NCBI GenBank assembly: GCA_963782055.1
Contig: CAWAIF010000003.1
Span: 5,440,001 to 5,504,000, forward strand
DNA from: an uncultured delta proteobacterium
GTDB lineage: Bacteria > Myxococcota_A > Polyangia > Polyangiales > Polyangiaceae
Length of the DNA stretch: 64,000 bases
Direction: 5' to 3'
Shown: piece after piece, positions 9,104-18,029 of the stretch
How the letters are laid out: every line of letters starts with the position of its first letter
Numbering within the stretch: position 1 is the first letter of the stretch
Made by a program: the position numbers and the translations under genes
Notes under the pieces: generated by a model
Told to the model about the DNA's origin: nothing
Seen by the model: the letters and a program-made list of their open reading frames with translations, nothing else
Databases searched by the model: none

Positions 9104-11284
9104 TCAGCCGATGGAGCTCGCCAGCGACCAGAGGACGCGCCGCAGCTCGGCCGGGCTGCGGACGCGGTAGGTCGCGCGGCTCCGCCCGAGGCCCACGTGG
9201 ATGGAGACGGCGTCCTCCGGGAGGGCGGCGAACATGTCCTCGTCGGTGCGGTCATCCCCGGCGCAGAGGATCGCCCCGGCCTCGTGGCGGGCGGTGAGGA
9301 TGGACTGGACGGCGGCGCCCTTGTTCACGCCGTGCAGGCGCACCTCCAGCACCTTGCTGCCCTCCAGCAGCTCGTACTGGGAGGCCTCGGGGAGCTCCAC
9401 CAGGCGGGTGCGGAGCTCACGGAGGCGCGTCTGCGCGAGCTGCGGCTCCGTCGCGCGGTAGTGCCAGGCCACCCCCGCCGTCTTGTCCTCGATCATGCTG
9501 CCGTCGGTGCGGGAGGTGACGTCCTCCAGCACGAGACGCACCGCCTCCTTCCACTCCAGCGAGGCTTCGGTGATGCAGGTCCAGGGGGCGCCGGGGCCGG
9601 TGCGCTCCCAGTACCCGTGCTCGGTGTGCAGGCCGACGGGCAGCTCCTCGAACCAGCGCTCCACCGACTCGCGCGAGCGGCCGGTGACGATGTGCACCCG
9701 CGCGCGGGGCAGCGCCGCGAGGTGGCGCACCAGGGCGAGGAGATCGGCGTCGGGCATGGCCAGGTCGGGGGTCGGGGCGAAGGGGACCAGGGTGCCGTCG
9801 TAGTCCAGGATGAAGGTGGTGGTGGGCGCCTCGGCGAAGCCCGCCAGCGCCTCGACCACCTCGTCGACGATGGGCGCCTGGCTCAGCACCTCCCCCGTGC
9901 CGGCGAGATCCTTCAAAAAGCTCTGCGTCCAGCGCTTGACGTCGTGGCGCTGCACACGGTCGCGCAGCTTCGCCATGCGCACGCGCTTCTCCGCGACGGG
10001 CATGTTGACGGCCTGCCGCACGGCGTAGGCGACGGCGTCGAGGTCGAAGGGGTTGACCAGCAGCGACTCGCGCAGCTCCGTCGCGGCGCCGGCGAACTCG
10101 CTGAGGATCAGGACGCCCTCGCCATCCACGCAGCAGGCCACGTACTCCTTGGCGACCAGGTTCATGCCGTCGCGCAGGGGGGTGACCAGCATCACGTCGG
10201 CGGCGGAGTACAGGGCCACCAGCTCGTCGCTGGAGACGGACCTGTACAGGAGGTGGATGGGCACCGAGGTCCCGGTGCCGTACTGCCCGTTCACGCGACC
10301 GACGAGCTCGTTCACCTCACGCCGGTAGGCGGCGTAGCTCTCCACGCGCGAGCGGGTCGGCACCGCGAGCTGGATGAAGTGCAGCTTCTCCCGCGCGGAG
10401 GGCTCGCGCTCGAGGAAGCGCTCGATGGCGGCGATGCGCCGCAGGATGCCCTTGGTGTAATCCAGGCGATCCACGCCGAGGACGATCGTCTTGTCCCGCG
10501 CCAGCTCGCGGATGCGCTTCGCCTCGACCTGGACGTCCTCCGACCGGGCGAGCGCCTCGAACTCGGCGGTGTCGATGCTGATCGGATACGCGCCGACGCG
10601 GACGGTGCGCTCCTCGTACTGCACGGTATCCAGCGTGGGCTCCATGCCGAGGAGCTGCGCCGCGCTGTAGGTGAAGTGGTAGGCGTCCGACGCCGTCTGG
10701 AAGCCGACGACGTCGGCCCCGAGCAAGCCCTTCAGGATCTCCTCGCGCCAGGGCAGGATGCGGAAGACCTCTGCCGCGGGGAAGGGGATGTGGAGGAAGA
10801 AGCCGATGCGCGCGGAGGGGAGGCGCGCGCGCAGCAGGCCCGGCAGCAGGGCGAGCTGGTAGTCGTGAATCCAGATGCGGTCCCCGGGGACGTACTGCGC
10901 GACGACGGCGTCGGCGAAGCGCTCGTTGATCTGGCGGTAGACGAGCCAGTCACGCTGGGCGTCGACGCGGACCTTGTCGAGCAGGTAGTGGCAGAGCGGC
11001 CAGAGCACGCCGTTGGCGAAGCCGTCGTAGTAGCGGGCGATCTCGCCCTGCGTGATGTAGACGGGCACCGCCCGCATCGCCTCCAGCTCGGCCGCGATCT
11101 TGCGGCGAACCGGCTCGGGCTGGCGGGTGATGTCGCCGGGCCAGCCTATCCACCGGCTCTCGCCGTCGGAGTGGACGCTGCGGAGCGCCGTCGCCAGGCC
11201 GCCGGAGGAGCGCACCAGCCGCACGTCCCCGTGCTCCGCATGGAGCGTGACGGGCAGGCGATTGGAGACGATGAGCGTGCGCAT
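9104..11284 (-). CDS. otsAB: Bifunctional trehalose-6-phosphate synthase/phosphatase
   Basis: VSNRLPV, SSGGLATAL, WIHDYQL, FFLHIPFP, GVDRLDYTKG, RDGMNLVAKEY (GT20), fused to a HAD domain (LDYDGTL, GDDRTDEDMF). Confidence 0.95.
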   Translation of the reverse strand: MRTLIVSNRLPVTLHAEHGDVRLVRSSGGLATALRSVHSDGESRWIGWPGDITRQPEPVRRKIAAELEAMRAVPVYITQGEIARYYDGFANGVLWPLCHYLLDKVRVDAQRDWLVYRQINERFADAVVAQYVPGDRIWIHDYQLALLPGLLRARLPSARIGFFLHIPFPAAEVFRILPWREEILKGLLGADVVGFQTASDAYHFTYSAAQLLGMEPTLDTVQYEERTVRVGAYPISIDTAEFEALARSEDVQVEAKRIRELARDKTIVLGVDRLDYTKGILRRIAAIERFLEREPSAREKLHFIQLAVPTRSRVESYAAYRREVNELVGRVNGQYGTGTSVPIHLLYRSVSSDELVALYSAADVMLVTPLRDGMNLVAKEYVACCVDGEGVLILSEFAGAATELRESLLVNPFDLDAVAYAVRQAVNMPVAEKRVRMAKLRDRVQRHDVKRWTQSFLKDLAGTGEVLSQAPIVDEVVEALAGFAEAPTTTFILDYDGTLVPFAPTPDLAMPDADLLALVRHLAALPRARVHIVTGRSRESVERWFEELPVGLHTEHGYWERTGPGAPWTCITEASLEWKEAVRLVLEDVTSRTDGSMIEDKTAGVAWHYRATEPQLAQTRLRELRTRLVELPEASQYELLEGSKVLEVRLHGVNKGAAVQSILTARHEAGAILCAGDDRTDEDMFAALPEDAVSIHVGLGRSRATYRVRSPAELRRVLWSLASSIG

Positions 11285-11341
11285 GGTGGTTGGAGTTCCA
11301 ACGGAGGCCGACCAAGGTTATGCACTCTGAGGCGAGGTCGC

Positions 11342-12325
11342 TCAAGCAGGAAAGGCCCGCGGGGCGTTTCTTCTCGCGGCGCCGCGCGCGCGCGCGGATC
11401 GCACGAGCTCGGCGCAGAGCGCGACGAAATCCAGGCCCGCCGCGCGCGCGGCCTCCGGGTAGAGGCTCGTCGGCGTCATACCTGGCATCGTGTTCACCTC
11501 CAGGAGAACAAGGGCATCGGGGTCCTCACGATCGCCTACCACGAAGTCGGCGCGCGAGAGGTCGCGGCACCCGAGCGTTCGGTGTGCGGCGACGGCGGCG
11601 GCGTGCACCCGACGCTCCATCGCGCTCCCGAGGACCGCCGGGCAGGTGTGCACGCTGCGGCCGGGCGCGTAGCGCGCCTCGTAGGTGTAAAACGCATCGT
11701 TCGGCGAGGCAATCTCGGTGGCGGCGAGGGCGCGCGCGCCCTCCCCGTTCACGTCCAGCACCGAGCACGTCACCTCCCGACCGGCGGCGAAGTGCTCCAC
11801 CACCGCCACCTCGTCCAGCGCCCACGCCTCCTCCAGCGCGCGCGCGACCTCGACGTCGCTCGCGCCGTCCAGCCGCGCCACGCCGATGGCGGAGCCGCTC
11901 CGGCTCGGCTTCACGACGACGCGCGCGCCCAGCGCGGCGCGCACGCGTCCGGCGGCCTCGAGCGCGTCCCCTCCCCTCGCGAGCGCGAGGCCGCGCGCGA
12001 CCGGCAGGCCCTCGGCGGCGAGCACGCGGCGCGCCATCGCCTTGTCCATCGCCAGCGCGCTGGCGAGCACGCCGGAGCCGACGTACGGCAGCCCCAGCAC
12101 CTCCAGCAGCCCCTGGAGCGAGCCGTCCTCCCCCACCTCGCCGTGCACCGCCGGGAAGACGACGTCGAAGTCGCCCTCGCGCAGCGCCTCCGCGACGCGC
12201 GCGTCCAGCTCCAGCAGGGTCACCTCCTCGCCGCCCTGCCGCAGCGCGCCGGCGACGCCCGCGGCCGACGCGCGGCTGACCTCCGCCTCCGACGAAGGCC
12301 CCCCCTGGACGACGGCGACCTTCAT
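11342..12325 (-). CDS. ddl: D-alanine--D-alanine ligase
   Basis: GGPSSEAEVS, VHGEVGEDGSLQG, LAMDK, VVKP..SGSAIGV, YTYEARY, SRADF, LEVNTMPGMTPTSLYP. Confidence 0.93.
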   Translation of the reverse strand: MKVAVVQGGPSSEAEVSRASAAGVAGALRQGGEEVTLLELDARVAEALREGDFDVVFPAVHGEVGEDGSLQGLLEVLGLPYVGSGVLASALAMDKAMARRVLAAEGLPVARGLALARGGDALEAAGRVRAALGARVVVKPSRSGSAIGVARLDGASDVEVARALEEAWALDEVAVVEHFAAGREVTCSVLDVNGEGARALAATEIASPNDAFYTYEARYAPGRSVHTCPAVLGSAMERRVHAAAVAAHRTLGCRDLSRADFVVGDREDPDALVLLEVNTMPGMTPTSLYPEAARAAGLDFVALCAELVRSARARGAARRNAPRAFPA

Positions 12326-12759
12326 CCGGCCTTCTTGGAGAGGTCCACCAGCTCGATGCCGAGCTGCTGCGAGACGTCGAAGATCTTCGGGTCACGGTAG
12401 AACTCGCCGAAGACGATGCGCACGATCCCGGCGTTGGCGATGAGGCGGAAGCAGCTCCAGCACGGCGACGCGGTGACGTAGATCGCGGAGCCGTCGATGC
12501 CCACGCCGTTGCGCGCGGCCTGCACCAGCGCGTTGGCCTCGGCGTGGACGGTGCGCACGCAGTGGCCATCCTCCATGAGGTGCCCGACCTCGTCGCAGTG
12601 CGGGAGGCCGCGGATGGAGCCGTTGTAGCCCGTCGCCAGGATGATCTTCTCGCGCACGATGACCGCGCCGACGTGCTTGCGGTCGCAGGTGGCGCGGGTG
12701 GCCACCTCGCGGCCGATGTTCATGAAGTACTCGTCCCAGGAAACGCGCTCTCGAGCCAT
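12322..12759 (-). CDS. dCMP deaminase (ComEB family)
   Basis: WDEYFM, ATGYNG, HAEANAL and SPCWSC zinc motifs; ATGA-coupled to ddl. Confidence 0.92.
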   Translation of the reverse strand: MARERVSWDEYFMNIGREVATRATCDRKHVGAVIVREKIILATGYNGSIRGLPHCDEVGHLMEDGHCVRTVHAEANALVQAARNGVGIDGSAIYVTASPCWSCFRLIANAGIVRIVFGEFYRDPKIFDVSQQLGIELVDLSKKAG

Positions 12760-12861
12760 GCGCCTCGATAGATTGGAAACGCCGGGGAATCAACGCACCC
12801 TCGCCCGGCCCGGACGGGTTTGGCTTGACGAACGGCGCCCGCCGCGGCACTCCCGTACGCC

Positions 12862-13362
12862 ATGCCCCGCAGGCTCGCTGCCTTTCTCGTCCTCGCGTGC
12901 GTCGCCACGTGGGCGTGGCTCGCGCTCGGGGCCGGCGGCGGCGACGACCCGGCCGCCACCGCGGCCATCGTGGCGAAGCTGGAGGCAACCCCCGCGACGA
13001 AGGCGCTGACGGCGGACGCGGTGCGCCGCTCGCGCGCGGCGACGGAGCGTGCCCGCCGGATGCGCGCCGCCGGGGACGAGCCGCACGCGAAGCTCGCCGA
13101 CGGTGTCGCCCGGCAGTGGGCGCTCGTCGGGCAGGCGCTCGCGCAGGCGGCGGTGACCGAGAAGAAGGCGGAGCAGGCGCGGCGTGCCGCGGCCGACGCC
13201 GGCGATCAGGTGGACCGCGAGCGCGCGCTCCTCGAGCAGCAGCTCGCGCAGAACGGCCGCATGGTCGCCGAGCTGGCGGAGCTGGAGGACGGCGGCGCGC
13301 CGGCGCCCCCGCCGAAGAAGGCGCCCCCGAAGAAGGCGCCCACGAAGGGCGGCAAGAAATGA
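12862..13362 (+). CDS. Hypothetical exported helical protein
   Basis: Signal-like N-terminus, Ala-rich coiled coil, (PKKAP)n tail; ATGA overlap with the next gene. Confidence 0.65.
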   Translation: MPRRLAAFLVLACVATWAWLALGAGGGDDPAATAAIVAKLEATPATKALTADAVRRSRAATERARRMRAAGDEPHAKLADGVARQWALVGQALAQAAVTEKKAEQARRAAADAGDQVDRERALLEQQLAQNGRMVAELAELEDGGAPAPPPKKAPPKKAPTKGGKK

Positions 13363-14450
13363 CCCTCCGCGCGGCGCTCGGCGTCGCTGGCTGCGTCCTC
13401 GCCCTCTCCGCGTGCGCGGGCGATCGCCTGCGCCCCCCCGCGCTGGCCGACGCCGCGCAGGCCGAGCGCTCCCCCGGCGCGCAGGAGGCGAAGCGCCTGG
13501 CGCCTCAGGCGTTCGCCGAGGCGGCGGCGGAGCGCAGGCTCGCCGACCAGGCCTTCGCCGACGGCGACGACGTCGCGGCGTCGCTCCACGCCGAGCAAGC
13601 GATCGCCGGCTACCAGCGCGCGCTGATGCTCGCGCGGCTGGCCCGCGCCACGACGGACCTGACGAAGGCGACGGCGGAGCAGCGCTCCAAGGAGCAGGAG
13701 CTGCGGTCGCTGACCGCCGCGCGCACCGACGCCGACAAGGCGGGGGACGATCTGCAGAAGCGCATCGCCGTCGCCCGCGAGCTGCGCGCCCCCGCCCCCG
13801 CCGGTCCTGCCGACGCCAAGCGCGAGGCCGCCCGCATGGTGGCGGCGCGCTCGCTCGCGGTGCAGGCGCGGCTGCTGTGCGGCGCCGCGCACCTCGTCTC
13901 GCCCTCGCTCGCCGGCCTGGAGAAGGCGGAGCACGCGGTGTCGGACCTGGAGAAGAAGCTCGACGCGCACCCGAAGACCGCGCCCATCGACGACGCCGCG
14001 CAGGCCCGGGTGAGCTGCCTGGACCTGCTCACGCACGCGCGGCGCAGCACGGTCGCCGCCGGCAAGACGGCGCCCGACGCGCTGCTCGCCGAGCTCTCCG
14101 CCGCGGGCATGTCGCCCTCGCGCGACGAGCGAGGCGTGGTGGTGACCCTGCGCGACGTCTTCCACGGCAACGCGGTGACGCCGCAGGCGAAGAAGCAGCT
14201 GGAGTCTCTCGGTCGCGTCGCGGCGGCGCACGCCGACGTGGGCGTGCAGGTCGTGGTGCACGAGGCCACGCCCCGCGCCGGCGGGGAGGCCCGGGCGAAG
14301 ACGGCGGCGGCCGCGCTGGTCTCGGGCGGCGCGGCGGCGGACAAGGTGGTGAGCGAGGACGCCGGCACCCGCGCCCCCATCGTGGACCCGGCGGACACCA
14401 AGAACCGCGGGCGGAACACGCGGGTAGAGATCGTCTTCGTGACGCGCTAG
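13359..14450 (+). CDS. Lipoprotein: coiled coil plus degenerate OmpA-like C-terminal domain
   Basis: Start ATG 13359 (MTLRAALGVAGCVLALSAC, lipobox). C-terminus DERGVVVTLRDVF...RGRNTRVEIVF is OmpA-like, but the GHTD motif is replaced by VHEA. Confidence 0.7.
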   Translation: MTLRAALGVAGCVLALSACAGDRLRPPALADAAQAERSPGAQEAKRLAPQAFAEAAAERRLADQAFADGDDVAASLHAEQAIAGYQRALMLARLARATTDLTKATAEQRSKEQELRSLTAARTDADKAGDDLQKRIAVARELRAPAPAGPADAKREAARMVAARSLAVQARLLCGAAHLVSPSLAGLEKAEHAVSDLEKKLDAHPKTAPIDDAAQARVSCLDLLTHARRSTVAAGKTAPDALLAELSAAGMSPSRDERGVVVTLRDVFHGNAVTPQAKKQLESLGRVAAAHADVGVQVVVHEATPRAGGEARAKTAAAALVSGGAAADKVVSEDAGTRAPIVDPADTKNRGRNTRVEIVFVTR

Positions 14451-14519
14451 CCGCGTCCGGTGCACGCCGACGCCGGGGGTGACTTTCCCTCGCGGGCTCG
14501 GGTACCCTTGCGGCCCAGG

Positions 14520-15218
<699 letters not shown>

Positions 15219-15317
15219 GAGGAGTGAAGCGGGCCCTCCGCCGCGCGTGGGGCGCCCACAAACGACGAGAGGCGCAGCTCGCGCCGCGCCTCCCGCCGTC
15301 TCCCACCGCGTTCTAGG

Positions 15318-17831
15318 TCACTCGGTGCCCGCGTCGGCGGCGCCGGAGGCCTCGATGCACTGCAGGCTGATCTGCGTGCCGGTCGCCGGCTGGCCGGTGG
15401 CCGAGAACTTCACGGCCTGCGGGCAACCACCCGCGGACGCGCCGGTCACGTAGCACCAGCCGGGTGTCTGCGTACCCTCGCACGAGCCGGTGAAGTCGGT
15501 CCCGGGTACGAGCTGGGCGAGCTGACAGACCGGGCCGAGATCGGCCTCCGTCGCCTGCGGAGTGACCTTCTGGAGGTCCGCCAGGCGCTGCTCGTTGAAG
15601 CGCTTGAGGATCTCCGGGTCCACCTGGCTGAGACCCTTGTTCGGGTCGCACGCCGTGCTCTGGTCCACGCCGGGCTGGAACACCACCAGGACGAGGCAGG
15701 GCACCGTGCCGTCCTGCGCGGGCGTGAGCTGCTGGGGCAGGCACTGGCCGGCGAGGGCGTTCTTCAGGCGGTCGATGATGGCGCGGACCGCCGGGCGGTA
15801 GCCGAAGTTTGGCTTGCTCTGGTCGGTCACGTTCTGCGCGCAGATGGACGCGACGACCGCCTGGGCGCCGAGGCCCTTGGCGACGCGCAGCTCGCGGATG
15901 GTCGGGTACGCCTTGCCCTTGACCTGCGTGGTGCTCTGCGGGCTGCCGCAGAGGGGCGGTCCGTCGGCGGCGGTGCCCGCGGAGTCGGTGCAGTCGCAGG
16001 CGTTCTTGTTCTCCGGCGCGGTGCAGTCCTTCGGCGACGGGAGGTCGAAGGTGCAGGCGTACTGGAGGTCGAGGCCAACCGCGGAGGTGGTGGTGTTCCA
16101 CTCACGCCCGTTGATCGGGTCGTTGGCGCCGCCGTTCGGCGGGGTGAGCCCGGCGCGCGGGGTGATCGACTCGATCATGTGCGGGTCGATGCCCGTCAGG
16201 TCGAAGTTCTGCGGGTCCTTGCCCACGATCTTCTGCCAGTCGGAGGCGTCCAGGGCGGACTTGAAGTTGCCCTGGGAGTCCTGGATGAGCTGGTTCGGCA
16301 CGCCGCCGATGATGGCGAAGAAGACCAGGTCGGGCGTGCGCGGCCCGAGCGGCAGGTCGCAGAGGGCGCCGGTGTCGTTCGGGTCGGTGGGCAGCGGGCC
16401 CTTCGCGAAGAGGGGGTTGGTGCAGTTGCGCACCGAGTCGTACGGGGCGGACGCGCCGCGGTGCGACTCGTGATCGCGATCGGGCACCTTGAGCGACTGC
16501 AGGCCGTCGATGTAGCGCTGGATGTGGAACTGCGGGTTGTACCCGTAGCGCGCCTTCATGTTGTCGGTGTACCGGACGTTCACGTTGTCCTGCTGCGCCG
16601 TGTAGAAGCCGAGGCAGCTGGAGCCGCACGACGTCTGGCAGTTGGAGTCCTGCGCGATGGGCGTGCCGTCCGCCTTGCTGCCGACGAAGCCGCACGAGGT
16701 GCAGTTGGGGTCGTTGGGGCCCGTCGTCGTCTCCTGGCCGACGGTGGGCGCGGCCGGGCTGAAGGCACCGTTCTGGAAGGTGCCGCACTCGTGGGTGGGC
16801 AGCGGCGCTTGCTGGCCGGTGGGCGAGCCCGGGTAGGCCAGCGTGCGGGTGACCCAGCCGCGACCGCCGATGGCCAGCGGGTCGCTCCAGGAGTCCTCCT
16901 CGTCGGTGACCATGATGATGGCGACCAGCGAATCCTCACGGAGAAAGTCGTGGCGCTGCTTCAGGATCGTGGCGTCCACGCCGACGAGCTGCGCCTTGGC
17001 GGGGTTGCCGCTGTTGGGGTCCAGGGTGATCTGGTCCCAGGGGTCCGGCTGGACGAGGAAGTGGTACCAGGACTCCAGCTGCGCCTCGAGGCCGCAGCCG
17101 TACTCCTGCACGCCCTGGACGAGGCTCTGGAAGTCGGTGATGAGGGTCTGCTCGTCCGCCGCCGTGGTGTAGGGCGTGACGTTCGGCTGCGCCTTGCCCG
17201 CGTTCTTGGGCTCGGCGGAGGGGAGCCAGGCGAGGAAGTTGCCGCCGGTGCCGTCCACCGGCTTGGCGTTGTTGACCGGGTCCTCGATGCCGCTGGCAGG
17301 CGGATTGTTGAGATCCGGCTTCTTGCGGTTGATGAGGTGGCCCTTGTCGTTGTTGTGGCGGTTGAACTTGCTGAGCTGCGGGATGGGGTTGATGTCGTCG
17401 TCCTTGCAGATGTCCGGCGCGCCGCCCGCGCCCAGCGCGGAGGTGACGATGCCGATGTGCATGTCGTAGACGGCGGGGAACTCTTCCTTCGACCCGTCGG
17501 GGCAGGCGCCGTTGACGCGGGCCACGATCGAGTTGGGGTCCGTCGCGTCGGTCAGACAGTTGGGCTCCAGCAGGCGGGTCACCATGTCGGGCACCGCCAG
17601 CGCCAGGAGCTCCTGCTTGTCACCCATCGACGCCGAGTTGTCGATCGCGAAGAGGAGGTCGACCTTGTCGACGGCCTGCTGTTTCACGACCGCGGTGAAG
17701 CTGGTCTTCGTCGTGGGGGTGAGCCCGGCGACCGGGCGGGTGAGGCAGCCGAAGCCGAGGACGCCCCCGAGCATGCCGGCCACCACCAGCCCTCGGGCGA
17801 TCTTCGACTTGAGAGACTTCTTCTCGACCAT
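15318..17831 (-). CDS. Large Cys-rich lipoprotein with vWA/MIDAS-like domain (tandem paralog B)
   Basis: Start ATG 17831, lipobox LGFGC. VDLLFAIDNSASM (DxSxS), GCGLEAQLESWY, IMVTDEEDS; many Cys. Confidence 0.8.
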   Translation of the reverse strand: MVEKKSLKSKIARGLVVAGMLGGVLGFGCLTRPVAGLTPTTKTSFTAVVKQQAVDKVDLLFAIDNSASMGDKQELLALAVPDMVTRLLEPNCLTDATDPNSIVARVNGACPDGSKEEFPAVYDMHIGIVTSALGAGGAPDICKDDDINPIPQLSKFNRHNNDKGHLINRKKPDLNNPPASGIEDPVNNAKPVDGTGGNFLAWLPSAEPKNAGKAQPNVTPYTTAADEQTLITDFQSLVQGVQEYGCGLEAQLESWYHFLVQPDPWDQITLDPNSGNPAKAQLVGVDATILKQRHDFLREDSLVAIIMVTDEEDSWSDPLAIGGRGWVTRTLAYPGSPTGQQAPLPTHECGTFQNGAFSPAAPTVGQETTTGPNDPNCTSCGFVGSKADGTPIAQDSNCQTSCGSSCLGFYTAQQDNVNVRYTDNMKARYGYNPQFHIQRYIDGLQSLKVPDRDHESHRGASAPYDSVRNCTNPLFAKGPLPTDPNDTGALCDLPLGPRTPDLVFFAIIGGVPNQLIQDSQGNFKSALDASDWQKIVGKDPQNFDLTGIDPHMIESITPRAGLTPPNGGANDPINGREWNTTTSAVGLDLQYACTFDLPSPKDCTAPENKNACDCTDSAGTAADGPPLCGSPQSTTQVKGKAYPTIRELRVAKGLGAQAVVASICAQNVTDQSKPNFGYRPAVRAIIDRLKNALAGQCLPQQLTPAQDGTVPCLVLVVFQPGVDQSTACDPNKGLSQVDPEILKRFNEQRLADLQKVTPQATEADLGPVCQLAQLVPGTDFTGSCEGTQTPGWCYVTGASAGGCPQAVKFSATGQPATGTQISLQCIEASGAADAGTE

Positions 17832-18029
17832 GGGAGCGCTCCTCCAGCGCGGGCGCGGCCCGCGCAAGCCTCGACAGTAGGGCCCCGGTGGACCCTGGAC
17901 CGGCTGCCAGTAAAGCACAGGCCGGGCCAGGGAAGGAAAGGGGAAATTGCCCGGCGGGACGCGGATTTGCCGGGGGCGCGGCGCCAACGACGTTGGCAGC
18001 CCGTAACCGGGGTGGGCATCGCTGCGGCC

